Source of the DNA: Polyangiaceae bacterium
GTDB lineage: Bacteria; Myxococcota_A; Polyangia; Polyangiales; Polyangiaceae
Direction: 5' to 3'
DNA length: 64,000 bases
NCBI GenBank assembly: GCA_050287085.1
Contig: JBNKBE010000006.1
Location: 74,381-138,380 of the forward strand
Position numbers and translations under genes: made by a program. Of the stretch, positions 9,456-18,962 are shown piece after piece (within the stretch, counting starts at the first letter, position 1; each line of letters starts with the position of its first letter). Under the pieces are notes generated by a model that saw only the letters and a program-made list of their open reading frames with translations, was not told the origin of the DNA and made no database searches.

Positions 9456-9472
9456 AGCACTCGAGGAAAACC

Positions 9473-9640
9473 ATGGTTTCTGCAACCCAACAAACCCGCC
9501 GTCGTCGTTACAATCGTGATCGTGCCCTCGCGCGGGCGCGCAAGCGTGCTTCTACCAAGGCCGGCACACCCGCCTTCCCGCTCCACCCCGAGGGTTATGA
9601 CCCCACGGCGCCGGACGCGAAACCCCAGAGCAAGAACTGA
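9473..9640 (+). CDS. Small basic protein, 55 aa (MVSATQQTRRRRYNRDRALARARKRASTKAGTPAFPLHPEGYDPTAPDAKPQSKN); not in the ORF track
   Basis: GAGGA SD-like site 5 nt before ATG; 6 of 9 Arg codons are CGT; lies between a promoter and rpsT. Confidence 0.75.
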   Translation: MVSATQQTRRRRYNRDRALARARKRASTKAGTPAFPLHPEGYDPTAPDAKPQSKN

Positions 9641-9677
9641 TCAGCGCCCCGGCGCCTCATCCACCAGCTAGATCTTT

Positions 9678-9941
9678 ATGGCGAATCATCCCTCCGCAGA
9701 AAAACGCAACCGTCAGCGCCTCAAGCGTACCGCACGCAACCGTGCGCACCGCTCGGAGCTGCGCAGCACTTTGAAGACCGCGCGCCTCGCCCTAGCCGGC
9801 GACGACACCGCGGAAGCAGCCACTTTGGTGGCCCAGGCGCAGCAAGCGTTGGCTCGCGCCGCGAGCAAGGGACTCATCCACCGCAACACTGCGGCGCGCG
9901 GCAAGTCACGCTTGGCCAAAGCGCTGGTCAAGGCTAGCTGA
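9678..9941 (+). CDS. rpsT: 30S ribosomal protein S20
   Basis: MANHPSAEKRNRQ..RN..RS..KGLIHRNTAARGKSRLAK. Confidence 0.97.
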   Translation: MANHPSAEKRNRQRLKRTARNRAHRSELRSTLKTARLALAGDDTAEAATLVAQAQQALARAASKGLIHRNTAARGKSRLAKALVKAS

Positions 9942-10152
9942 AGCTAAGCTCGCCTTGAGCTGCTGAGCGCCACGAGCTCCGCCTGAGCGGACTGCTCGCG
10001 GCGTTCAACGGAGCGTGCGCTTTCAGCTGAAGGCACGCTCAGCTCTGGGTCGGAGAGGTCCGAGTCGTGGGAGCTCGGTTCAACCGGGCGCGGCCTGGTG
10101 GTGTGACCCGGAATTGGAGGGGTGATGGTCCTGCCGTCGCCCCTTTTGCCAT

Positions 10153-10169
10153 TTGGCAGCGCAGTTGCA
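10153..10169 (+). promoter_or_regulatory. Putative sigma54 (-24/-12) promoter for acs
   Basis: TTGGCAGCGCAGTTGCA fits TGGC-N7-TTGC with exact GG-N10-GC spacing. Confidence 0.55.
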
Positions 10170-10206
10170 AGGGTCCCAAACGAGACCTGCGCGCTACGGG
10201 AGGCAT

Positions 10207-10256
10207 CTCCACACGGCGCCACGCCTCTCCGCACGGCGCAGCTCCGCACGGCGCAG
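10207..10256. repeat. 15-bp tandem repeat upstream of acs
   Basis: CTCCGCACGGCGCAG at 10227 and 10242; degenerate copy at 10207. Confidence 0.75.
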
Positions 10257-10361
10257 CGCCTCTCTCCGAACCACGCTCCAGTCCCGACGTGCGTCGCGAG
10301 CCCTGGGCTTCGTTTTCGGCACCGACCGGTATAGGGTCGCTGTAACGGGAGCGAAAAGTCC

Positions 10362-12332
10362 ATGAGCAAGCAGCAGCCAACCAGTATCGAAACCCAGGCG
10401 CACGAAGAGGCGAAGGTCCCACCTCCCCCGGGCTTCATGAGCCGGGCACGGATCAACTCGATAGAGCAATACGAAGCCCTCTATCGCGAAAGCATCGAGG
10501 CGCCGGAGACGTTCTGGCGCCGGGAAACCAGCGACCTCACCCTGAGAGCACCGTGGACGGAGACCCTTGCCTGGGAGCCCCCCTTCGCTCGGTGGTTTTC
10601 CGACGCCAAGCTAAACGTATCGGAAAGCTGCCTGGACCGGCACCTCGGTAGCCCCCGCGAAGACAAGCGCGCCATCGTCTGGGAAGGCGAAGATGGAAGT
10701 ACGCGCAACGTGACGTACAAGGAGCTGCACGCGCAGGTCGTCCAGCTAGCGGCCGCACTGCGTGAACTCGGTATCGAGGCCGGCGATCGCATTGTCATCT
10801 ACATGGGAATGGTCCCGGAAGCCGTGGTCGCCATGCTTGCGTGCGCTAGGATTGGAGCTCCTCATAGCGTCGTCTTCGGAGGTTTCGCGGCTGATGCCTT
10901 GCAGAAGCGTATCCAAGACTGCGGCGCACGGCTGGTCATCACGCAAGACGCTGCGCCCAGACGGGGTCGACCCGTTCTGCTGAAGGCAACGGTCAACGAA
11001 GCCCTGGCGAGCGGCACCCCGGTCGAACACGTTGTCGTACTCGACCGCATGGGTTTGGCGGCCGAGCACCACGTTGCTGGCCGCGACCTCGACTATGCGG
11101 AGTTGGTCGCCAAAGCCGATCCTGCGCGCGGCGCGGCGGAAGTCGTGGACGCAGAGCACCCGCTCTTCATCTTGTATACCTCAGGCTCAACTGGGAAGCC
11201 CAAAGGCATTCTGCACACATCGCTAGGTTATCTCGTAGGAGCCCACGTAAGCACCAAGTACGTCTTCGATCTTCAAGAGGATGACGTGTATTGGTGCACG
11301 GCGGACATCGGCTGGATCACGGGGCATTCCTACCTGGTCTATGGTCCCCTCTCCAACGGCGCGACCTGTGTGGTCTACGAAGGAGCCCCCAATCATCCCG
11401 ATTGGGGCCGTTTCTGGAGTATCGTCGAACGTCACGGTGTTACCATTCTCTACACTGCGCCCACTGCAATTCGCGCGTTCATGAGAGCCGGAGACAAGTG
11501 GGTGACCGAACACGACCTCAGTAGCTTGCGCCTGCTCGGAAGCGTCGGAGAGCCGATCAACCCCGAGGCGTGGCAGTGGTACCATAGAGTGGTGGGCGGA
11601 GGCCGCTGTCCGATCGTGGATACGTGGTGGCAAACCGAAACCGGCAGCATCCTGATCACGACGCTACCCGGCGCCCACCCAGCCAAACCGGGCAGCGCGG
11701 GCTTGCCCTTCTTCGGCGTCGAGGCCCAAGTCGTGAGTGATAGCGGTGAGCCCGTCCCTCCGGATCGAGGGGGACTGTTGGTGCTAGATCGTCCGTGGCC
11801 GAGCATGCTCCGAAACGTATACGGAGATCCAGAGCGCTATCGGACCCAATACTTCTCCATGAGCACCAATCGCTACTTCTGCGGAGACGGCGCCCATCGC
11901 ACTTCGGACGGCTACATCCAAGTCATCGGTCGAATCGACGACGTCCTCAACGTCTCCGGGCACCGTATCGGCACAGCTGAAGTTGAGAGTGCACTCGTAG
12001 GGCATGAGGGCGTTGCCGAAGCCGCCGCGGTGGGGCGCCCCGACGAACTCAAGGGACAAGCACTCGTCGTCTTCGTCACGACCAAAGCGCCGCCCGACGA
12101 CGCCTCTCGCCTCGCCGCGGATCTACGAGCCCACGTCGCTCGCGAGATTGGCAAGTTCGCGGCCCCAGACGAGATTCGCTTCGCTGAGGCTTTGCCCAAG
12201 ACCCGCTCGGGCAAGATCATGCGACGACTGCTCAAAGATATCGCCGCCGACCGCACTCCCCAAGGCGACGTTTCCACGCTCGAAGACGCCAGCGTCTTGG
12301 ACCGACTCTTGGAAGCTGGCAAAGGACACTGA
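10362..12332 (+). CDS. acs: Acetyl-CoA synthetase
   Basis: YTSGSTGKPKG, WCTADIGWITGHSY, VDTWWQTETG, PKTRSGKIMRRLL. Confidence 0.97.
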   Translation: MSKQQPTSIETQAHEEAKVPPPPGFMSRARINSIEQYEALYRESIEAPETFWRRETSDLTLRAPWTETLAWEPPFARWFSDAKLNVSESCLDRHLGSPREDKRAIVWEGEDGSTRNVTYKELHAQVVQLAAALRELGIEAGDRIVIYMGMVPEAVVAMLACARIGAPHSVVFGGFAADALQKRIQDCGARLVITQDAAPRRGRPVLLKATVNEALASGTPVEHVVVLDRMGLAAEHHVAGRDLDYAELVAKADPARGAAEVVDAEHPLFILYTSGSTGKPKGILHTSLGYLVGAHVSTKYVFDLQEDDVYWCTADIGWITGHSYLVYGPLSNGATCVVYEGAPNHPDWGRFWSIVERHGVTILYTAPTAIRAFMRAGDKWVTEHDLSSLRLLGSVGEPINPEAWQWYHRVVGGGRCPIVDTWWQTETGSILITTLPGAHPAKPGSAGLPFFGVEAQVVSDSGEPVPPDRGGLLVLDRPWPSMLRNVYGDPERYRTQYFSMSTNRYFCGDGAHRTSDGYIQVIGRIDDVLNVSGHRIGTAEVESALVGHEGVAEAAAVGRPDELKGQALVVFVTTKAPPDDASRLAADLRAHVAREIGKFAAPDEIRFAEALPKTRSGKIMRRLLKDIAADRTPQGDVSTLEDASVLDRLLEAGKGH

Positions 12333-12399
12333 CGACCGTGGCTAGCTCGGAATGGATTGCGCCAGCCTTCCCCTGAACTCAGTGAATACAGTTGCAGAT

Positions 12400-13125
12400 A
12401 TGAAATCCCGTCTTTGCCTCAGAGTCATGGCCGTCGCGTCCGGTGCAGCGCTGTTCATCGCTTGCGCCGGCACACAACCCCCACCCGCTGAGCCGGAGTC
12501 GGACAAAGCCGCCGACGACGACGCGGACTCAACCTCCGACATCACCATGATGGCCGAGGTTGGAGCCCTGCCCGAAGATGCGGCGATCTACGCCTTCAAG
12601 GACGCCTTCGAGGATATTGAAGACTGTTTCGCGGACGCCACCGCCCAGAACGAATTGCTTTCGGGTGACGTCGCCTTCTTCGTAGAGGTGAACGCGCAGG
12701 GAGGGGTGAACCACGTGTACGCGAAAGAAAGCACGCTCGGTGATCGCCGCGCGGAGCGGTGCATGTTCGATGCACTCCGCAGCGCCCCATGGCCAAAACC
12801 CGTCGGCGGCCTAGTGGGCGTCGCTGAGAACAGCGTCAAGTTGCCGTCAGCGTCGGACGCGCGTCCCGCCACGCCGTGGGGACCCGAGCGGGTGCAGGGC
12901 GTGCTGCAGGAAAACGGAGGTGCTATTGCTCGATGCAAACGCGCCTACAGCGGAAAGTTCACCGCAACAGCCTACATTGCTCAAGACGGCAAGGCTCTCA
13001 GCGTGGGGATAGCCCCTCCGAATGAAGACGCCGAAGCGGCCAGCGACTGCTTGGTCGACGTGCTCCAGAGCGCCAGCTACCCCAGTCCAGGAAGCTGGCC
13101 TGCAAAGGTCTCGTTTCAGTTGTGA
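12400..13125 (+). CDS. Lipoprotein with AgmX/PglI (TonB-C-like) domains
   Basis: FIAC lipobox; C-F..LSGDV..STLGDRRAERC..WPKPVGG pattern; second similar domain at the C-terminus. Confidence 0.7.
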   Translation: MKSRLCLRVMAVASGAALFIACAGTQPPPAEPESDKAADDDADSTSDITMMAEVGALPEDAAIYAFKDAFEDIEDCFADATAQNELLSGDVAFFVEVNAQGGVNHVYAKESTLGDRRAERCMFDALRSAPWPKPVGGLVGVAENSVKLPSASDARPATPWGPERVQGVLQENGGAIARCKRAYSGKFTATAYIAQDGKALSVGIAPPNEDAEAASDCLVDVLQSASYPSPGSWPAKVSFQL

Positions 13126-13171
13126 GAACACAACAGGCTGTGGTTTCGCCCGGGCCCTCACAGCCCCGACG

Positions 13172-14554
13172 TTAGATCGCGAGCCCGGGCAAAGCACCCG
13201 ATGCCATGTCGGGGTGACCAAAGCGCTCCATGGACAGCCCCATGGCTTGAGCGATGGAAACGAGTAAGCGATTGTGCGGAGCACCGCCAAAATTCACCAG
13301 CCGCTCAGTGCCAAAGTACCCGCCTCCACCAATCATGAGAAACGGGATGTCCGTGAGCGAGTGGACATTGCCAATGCCCAGCTCATTGCCCCAAAGAACA
13401 ATGGTGCTGTCGAGCAACGTGCCCTCGCCATCGGGAATATCCGCCAGCTTCGACACAAAGTGCGCGATCTGCTCTGCGTACCAGGCGCCGCGAGCTATCA
13501 GCTGAGCGCGAGCACTTTCGTCAGAATCCCCGGCGTGCGAAAGCGAGTGCCCCGTTCCCATGCTGTCGATCCACGGAAAGCGGATATCGTTGATGGCATC
13601 GGAGAGCTGGACCGTGGCGACGCGCGTCACGTCACAGGCCAGGGCCGTCGCCAGCAAATCGAACTGCAGACGTGTCACGTCCACCATGGTCTCTTCGTCG
13701 TCCTCAGCCATCGCCGCTGGCATAGACGGACTTGAGCAGTTGTTGGCCAACCCCAGTTGTTCGAGGCGACGCTCGATGCCGCTAAGCGCATCCTGATGCT
13801 GCTCGAACTTCTGCCGATCGGCCACCGACACTTGCGGCGCTACGGCGCCGTAGAGCTCTTGTAGCGCGGAAGAGACCAATACCCGACGCGCTCGCGTTGA
13901 GGGCTCCAGATCCACCACACCGGAGAACACTCGCTGATAGGTCTCGAGGGGAGTATTGATCGGAGGAAGTGGTTCAGCCGGCCCCGCATAACTGAGGCGT
14001 CCTCGCACCTCCGCCGAGGTCGCTCGCACTCCCAGCTCGAGAGTGCCAAATAGGGTTTCGTCTCGCAGCACCGCTCCCATATGCTGATCGAGACTCTGAC
14101 CGTTGGCCCATCCGGCATGGGAGCCGTCACCGCCGACAAAGTCACCGTTCTGCAGTTCCCGCCCCGTTAGCAGTGCCCCCATTCCCCGCTGATGAGGTCC
14201 TCCGGGACCAATGCTGGTGACGGACAGATCCAAGCCCCGCAAGAAGAGCAGCCGCGAGCGCAACGACTCAAAGGGTGCCGTGATCGCCCCCAGCGTGTCG
14301 AAGGCTTCTCCCTCCCCGGAAGTCGGCCAAAACTCCTCAGGCACCGTGCCGTTTGGCGTGTAGACGAAGACGAAACGGCGAATCGGGGCTCCGCCGGCTC
14401 GTGCGCTCCGCAGGGAGGCCAGTAGTGGCATTGCCGTCGCGAGAGATCCCATTCCCAAGCCCATGAGCTGGCGCCGTGAGCACGTATAGGACGCGCGTCT
14501 GCCGCGCTCCAAGCGGAGTGGCACAGAACCCGCGTGTTGGCGACTGTGTGTCAT
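13172..14554 (-). CDS. DUF1552-family protein, Tat-exported
   Basis: SRRQLMG Tat motif, RFVFVYTPNG, SLDQ, LELGV, ALACDVTRVATVQ, HSLSH, GTLLDST. Confidence 0.88.
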   Translation of the reverse strand: MTHSRQHAGSVPLRLERGRRASYTCSRRQLMGLGMGSLATAMPLLASLRSARAGGAPIRRFVFVYTPNGTVPEEFWPTSGEGEAFDTLGAITAPFESLRSRLLFLRGLDLSVTSIGPGGPHQRGMGALLTGRELQNGDFVGGDGSHAGWANGQSLDQHMGAVLRDETLFGTLELGVRATSAEVRGRLSYAGPAEPLPPINTPLETYQRVFSGVVDLEPSTRARRVLVSSALQELYGAVAPQVSVADRQKFEQHQDALSGIERRLEQLGLANNCSSPSMPAAMAEDDEETMVDVTRLQFDLLATALACDVTRVATVQLSDAINDIRFPWIDSMGTGHSLSHAGDSDESARAQLIARGAWYAEQIAHFVSKLADIPDGEGTLLDSTIVLWGNELGIGNVHSLTDIPFLMIGGGGYFGTERLVNFGGAPHNRLLVSIAQAMGLSMERFGHPDMASGALPGLAI

Positions 14555-16509
14555 GGACTGTTCCTCAGCTGGGGGTTGGTGCGGTAGCGAAACCCATCGG
14601 TACGCACCAGAGACAACATCAGCTCACGCAGGTCGCCGTTGCTGTTCAACAACGCATCGCGTGCCGCAATGAGGCTGCACAGATCCTCTTCGCGTTGCAC
14701 CCGCCCCATAGCAAACTGATACCACTGCGTCGCGGCGCATGTCTGCAGCTGAGCGCTCCCCGCGAGGCGCTGCGCCAACTCAGCCACACCGTCCACTGCC
14801 CCTTCCAAGCCGTCTTCCAGAGAGTCCGCGGCGCCATCCAAGACCGCACCCGTGGCATCAACGGGCTGGCCATTCTCGGTCAGGCGCAGACGTCCCAGGT
14901 GGTCGAATTGCTCGAATACAAAACCGATCGAATCGATCGGCTCATGACACGCGCGACATCCGGCTTGTTCCGTGTGCACGGCAAAACGCTCCCGCGTCGT
15001 CAATCTGGGATCTGGATCGGGCGCGACAACCGCAAGCCCCGGTGGCGGGGGCGTCGGAGGACTGCATAACATGCGGTCCAAGACAAAGACGCCGCGCTGC
15101 ACAGGTCCGGTCTGGGTCGGGTGGGAAAACATGGCGAGCACAGCCGGCTGAGTTAGCAGCCCCGCGCGATGCCCCGCTTCAAGTTCGAAGGGAACGAAGC
15201 CGGCGTCTAATGGGACAGCCTTTCCGAATAGGGGAGCCATCGTCGAATCTAGAAACACCTGATCGGACGTAAAGAGCGCGGGCAACGACGGAGTCTCACT
15301 CTGGAAAACGCTCTGCACGAACAATTCGAGCGAGCGCAACCAACCTGCGTCCAGCGCGATGCTTTGCGCGGACGTCGTCCCCGTTGCCGGGAGGTCCCGC
15401 ACAGCCCCCCCCGCCTCGAGCAGCTCGGCCCCGAGCCACTGTTTGAAGAATTCCTGGAGTGTCGACAACGCTTGCGGCTGAGCGAGGAGTCGCTGCGCCT
15501 GTTGCTCGAGGCCCTCAACTTCAGCCAGCTCGCCCGCTTCAGCGGCCCGCAACAACTCCGCGTCGGGTGGCCCATTGTGGATCAAGAAGCTCAGCCGCGT
15601 CGCAAGCTCGTATGGACCGAGCGCGATAGCCTTGCCCGGCTCCTCATCGGCGCCGCTGCGCTCGATGCGATACAAGAATGCAGGCGCCTGCAAGAGCGTT
15701 TCCAGCAAGACCCGCAGAGCGCCGGCGTCCCCCAGTTCGTCGGCCGCGCGGCGAAATAGCGACAGCAAGACATCACGCTCCGGGGACTCCACCGGACGGC
15801 GAAAAAGCTGCGAACCATAGTCTTCGATGAGGCGCTCCGCGCAGGCCTCACCGGTCACCACCGGTGCAACTTGACAGGGAGCCTCCAACTGGCCGTGGGC
15901 CACCGCCCAATCCGCAATGCGCTCGGCTTGACGCATCTGCACTTCAGCCAGAAGGGGCGTAATTCGATGATGCTCTTGACTCGTGCCGAAGAAGAAGACC
16001 TTCGTTTCGGCAGGGAACTCCGCGGTCTGCCCCGAAGGCAGCTCGGGAAAAAGGACGTGCACCGAACGCTCATATTGGCTGCGGGTGAGCAGCCGAGCCT
16101 CGCTGGGCACCGCGGCAACCGACTCGCAACTGAGCGATTCGGGTACGTCGAGGCCACGCTCAACGACAGCGCGCCGTTCCGGTGACCACTGATCGCCCTG
16201 CCCAGCGCCGCCGGCTCCCGGATCCACCTGCGGGGTATCGTCGCAGGCCACCGCCGCCAAGGCGCCGAGAGCGAGAACCAGCGAGCTGAGTGTAGTTGGT
16301 CCACGTCGGCGCAACCCGCGGGGCCTCGCGCTACCAAACGTAGCGAGATTGCCGGGCCTCGCTGCGCGGGTGGGAGGCGCCACACCACCAGACGGCGCCG
16401 CTTGGGCTCGGCGCTCAGCAACGTGCTCCCGGTAGGTGCAGCGCAGTCGACTCAGTAATAGGTTCCGAAACATGGCGGGGCCGCGGCGAGGCAAAAACAC
16501 GAACGGCAT
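14551..16509 (-). CDS. DUF1592/1588/1595/1587/1585 multidomain lipoprotein with CxxCH; start uncertain
   Basis: RLLTRSQY, YELATRLSFL..PPDAELL, RAGLLTQPA, PVQRG, CRACH; stop overlaps the DUF1552 start. Confidence 0.88.
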   Translation of the reverse strand: MPFVFLPRRGPAMFRNLLLSRLRCTYREHVAERRAQAAPSGGVAPPTRAARPGNLATFGSARPRGLRRRGPTTLSSLVLALGALAAVACDDTPQVDPGAGGAGQGDQWSPERRAVVERGLDVPESLSCESVAAVPSEARLLTRSQYERSVHVLFPELPSGQTAEFPAETKVFFFGTSQEHHRITPLLAEVQMRQAERIADWAVAHGQLEAPCQVAPVVTGEACAERLIEDYGSQLFRRPVESPERDVLLSLFRRAADELGDAGALRVLLETLLQAPAFLYRIERSGADEEPGKAIALGPYELATRLSFLIHNGPPDAELLRAAEAGELAEVEGLEQQAQRLLAQPQALSTLQEFFKQWLGAELLEAGGAVRDLPATGTTSAQSIALDAGWLRSLELFVQSVFQSETPSLPALFTSDQVFLDSTMAPLFGKAVPLDAGFVPFELEAGHRAGLLTQPAVLAMFSHPTQTGPVQRGVFVLDRMLCSPPTPPPPGLAVVAPDPDPRLTTRERFAVHTEQAGCRACHEPIDSIGFVFEQFDHLGRLRLTENGQPVDATGAVLDGAADSLEDGLEGAVDGVAELAQRLAGSAQLQTCAATQWYQFAMGRVQREEDLCSLIAARDALLNSNGDLRELMLSLVRTDGFRYRTNPQLRNSP

Positions 16510-16744
16510 ATCGGGACAGACGCGGATATGTCGCTTTCAGGGAAGAACGCAGCCGGAGGTGCCGTCACGAAGGAAAGACGTCCGGCCAGGAAATACACGC
16601 TCGGAGCATAGCAAACAACCGCCGCCGTCGCCGGCACTCAGACTCCCCAAGGCCCTCTTCTCCTTGCATTCTCCGCCCCCTCCTCCCGTCCTGCGACACG
16701 GGACATCCCTTGGCGTTTGCCCGAATTGACATTCTACGGCCGAC

Positions 16745-18250
16745 ATGGAACGAAGCGCCATGGCGTCGTGGAAGAAGCTCGATCACCTGACCCCCGGCAT
16801 GCCGCTCCTGGTCGGCGGCGATCGGATAGTTGAAGTGTCACAAACCCTGGCCGAAGCATTTCGCCCAGGAGACAAGCTCTTCGTCGTCCCGACCACCGGC
16901 GAAATCCTCCACATTCCGGAGTCAGTGCATGCGCTCACCGAACAAGCGGTAGGACGTGCCCATCGCGCTTTTGGTGAAATGCGCAACATCTCGGACGAAG
17001 CCATCTCAGCCTTCTACGCTGACTTCGCCGCTCGCCTCGCCGACGATGAGGTGTGGAACGCTATTGGCGCTGCCAACATCGAAGATGTGGCGCAAGCGCA
17101 AGCCCGGGGGCGTTCAACGACGCGCTTGGTCGCCGATGAGCAATTGCGGACCAATGTCATCGCGGGACTCAAGGGCTGGCTCAGCGCCAGCTCTGCGCGC
17201 GGACGCGTGCTGGAGACCGTGCAGCACGAGTCTTGGAATGCCGAGCTGGTTGCAGCCGAACTTGGCGTTGTGGGTTTCGTTTTTGAAGGGCGGCCCAATG
17301 TGGTCGCCGATGCCACCGGCGTCCTGCGGGGGGGCAACACCGTGGTGTTTCGCATCGGTAGCGACGCGCTGCGTACCGCCAAAGCAATTCTTGAACACGC
17401 ACTGGAACCGGCGCTCCGTTCCGCCGGACTTCCGGCAGGTGCCGTCAGTTTGGTCGAAAGCCCCAGCCACGCGGCTGGGTGGGCGATGTTCGGCGACTCC
17501 CGCCTCTCATTGGCCGTCGCTCGAGGCTCGGGCGAAGCCGTCGAAACGCTGGGTGCCGTGGCGCGGACCGCGGGGATCCCAGTCAGTTTGCACGGCACTG
17601 GAGGAGCGTGGATGGTCGTATCCGAGGGTGTTACGCCGGAGCGAGTCACGGACGTCGTGTCCCGTTCCCTGGACCGCAAGGTCTGCAACACGCTCAATAC
17701 GCTTTGCCTTGTGCAGAGCGAGGCAGAGCGTCTCCTGCCCGCTATCCTGCTGGGAATGGAGCGCGCGGGGGCCGCGCGGGGACAGACTTTCAAGCTCCAC
17801 GTAGCGAGCTCCGATGGGGCGGCCGTCCCGCAAGAGCTCTTCAACAAGCGGGTTCAGGTAGTGCGCGCAGAGGGCCCCGTTGAAGAGCCTCAGGCCGAGC
17901 TCATCTCCGACGATGCGTTGGGCCGCGAATGGGAATGGGAAGAAACGCCCGAGGTTACGCTGAAGTTGGTCGCTTCCACGGACGAGGCCGTCAGCCTATT
18001 CAACCAGCAGAGCCCTCAGTTCGTCGCAACTTTGCTCAGCTCCAACCCCGACGAGCACGAACGCTTCTACCAGACCGTCAACGCACCCTTCGTCGGCGAT
18101 GGCTTCACCCGCTGGGTGGATGGTCAGTTCGCGCTCAAGCGACCGGAACTCGGCCTGAGCAACTGGCAACATGGACGGCTTTTCGCGCGCGGTGGTGTGC
18201 TCAGCGGAGACAGTGTCTTCACCGTACGAACCCGCGCCCGCGGACACTAG
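16745..18250 (+). CDS. proA: Gamma-glutamyl phosphate reductase (ProA-like, divergent, with N-terminal extension)
   Basis: LGVVGFVFEGRPNV, VARGS, KVCNTLNTL, EW..PEVTLKLV, FTRWVDG..ELGLS. Confidence 0.82.
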   Translation: MERSAMASWKKLDHLTPGMPLLVGGDRIVEVSQTLAEAFRPGDKLFVVPTTGEILHIPESVHALTEQAVGRAHRAFGEMRNISDEAISAFYADFAARLADDEVWNAIGAANIEDVAQAQARGRSTTRLVADEQLRTNVIAGLKGWLSASSARGRVLETVQHESWNAELVAAELGVVGFVFEGRPNVVADATGVLRGGNTVVFRIGSDALRTAKAILEHALEPALRSAGLPAGAVSLVESPSHAAGWAMFGDSRLSLAVARGSGEAVETLGAVARTAGIPVSLHGTGGAWMVVSEGVTPERVTDVVSRSLDRKVCNTLNTLCLVQSEAERLLPAILLGMERAGAARGQTFKLHVASSDGAAVPQELFNKRVQVVRAEGPVEEPQAELISDDALGREWEWEETPEVTLKLVASTDEAVSLFNQQSPQFVATLLSSNPDEHERFYQTVNAPFVGDGFTRWVDGQFALKRPELGLSNWQHGRLFARGGVLSGDSVFTVRTRARGH

Positions 18251-18452
18251 GATCCAGGCCCCGCCTCTTGCGTTGCGGCTCGTCAGCGTTGCTGAAATTT
18301 TTTCGTAGATGCGACGCTACAGCGCCCTTTGCCTGGACTAGCTGTTTCACTGCGGCAAGCTGTTTCCCCGGTGTAGCACTTGAGCACTAGAGCCTGGTTC
18401 ATTATGCCTCCCAAGCTTGCACATTGGCCCAGGTCCGGGCGAGGGTAGTGCT

Positions 18453-18962
18453 GTGACCCCGGTGCAGCCCCTGTTCGAAAACCGGCACTTCACCGCCACC
18501 TTGCTGCGAGACGAACCCATCGTCCTGCTCGTGAGAACAAGCGTGCCTTTTTCGTCCCCGCTCGACGCGACCCGAGCGTGTCTGCCACTGATGGCCGCCC
18601 TCGCCCCCTACCAGCGGCAAGGCCACCGCCTGTTGTTGGATTCGCGTGAGGCAGTAGGCAACAACGACCCTGAGTACGAGACTTGGTTTGCTCGCTTTCG
18701 CCGAGAGCTGATTGTGGGCTTTCAACAGACGGCCGTCGTAGTTCAAACGCACGTGGGCACACTGCAGACGCAGCGCCTACTCACGGCGGATGGTGCCCGA
18801 GCTCATGCGGTGGTATTCAATGCGCTGAGCGAGGCACTCGCGTTCTTGCGCCGTGGGCTGCGACACGAGCGCAGGTCCACCCCGGTGCGGGAGGGCGACC
18901 CCACCTCGTCGCCGCTGGCTCGGAGCGCCAAGGCGCATGTGCACAACCGATTCTTGCGCTAG
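18453..18962 (+). CDS. Hypothetical protein, STAS/SEC14-like; start uncertain
   Basis: LVRTSVPF..LLLDSREAVGNNDPEYE..AVVVQTHVGTLQTQRL pattern. Confidence 0.6.
   Translation: MTPVQPLFENRHFTATLLRDEPIVLLVRTSVPFSSPLDATRACLPLMAALAPYQRQGHRLLLDSREAVGNNDPEYETWFARFRRELIVGFQQTAVVVQTHVGTLQTQRLLTADGARAHAVVFNALSEALAFLRRGLRHERRSTPVREGDPTSSPLARSAKAHVHNRFLR

Noticed and set aside
9354..9472. SRP, 6S, tmRNA or RNase P RNA
   Set aside because: I found none of their hallmark motifs (e.g. SRP GGAAGGAAGCAG, RNase P GAGGAAAGUCC, tRNA-like ends)
13136..13165. Intrinsic terminator between convergent genes (GGCTGTG..CACAGCC)
   Set aside because: 7-bp stem with a 16-nt loop and no clear U-tract; too weak to call
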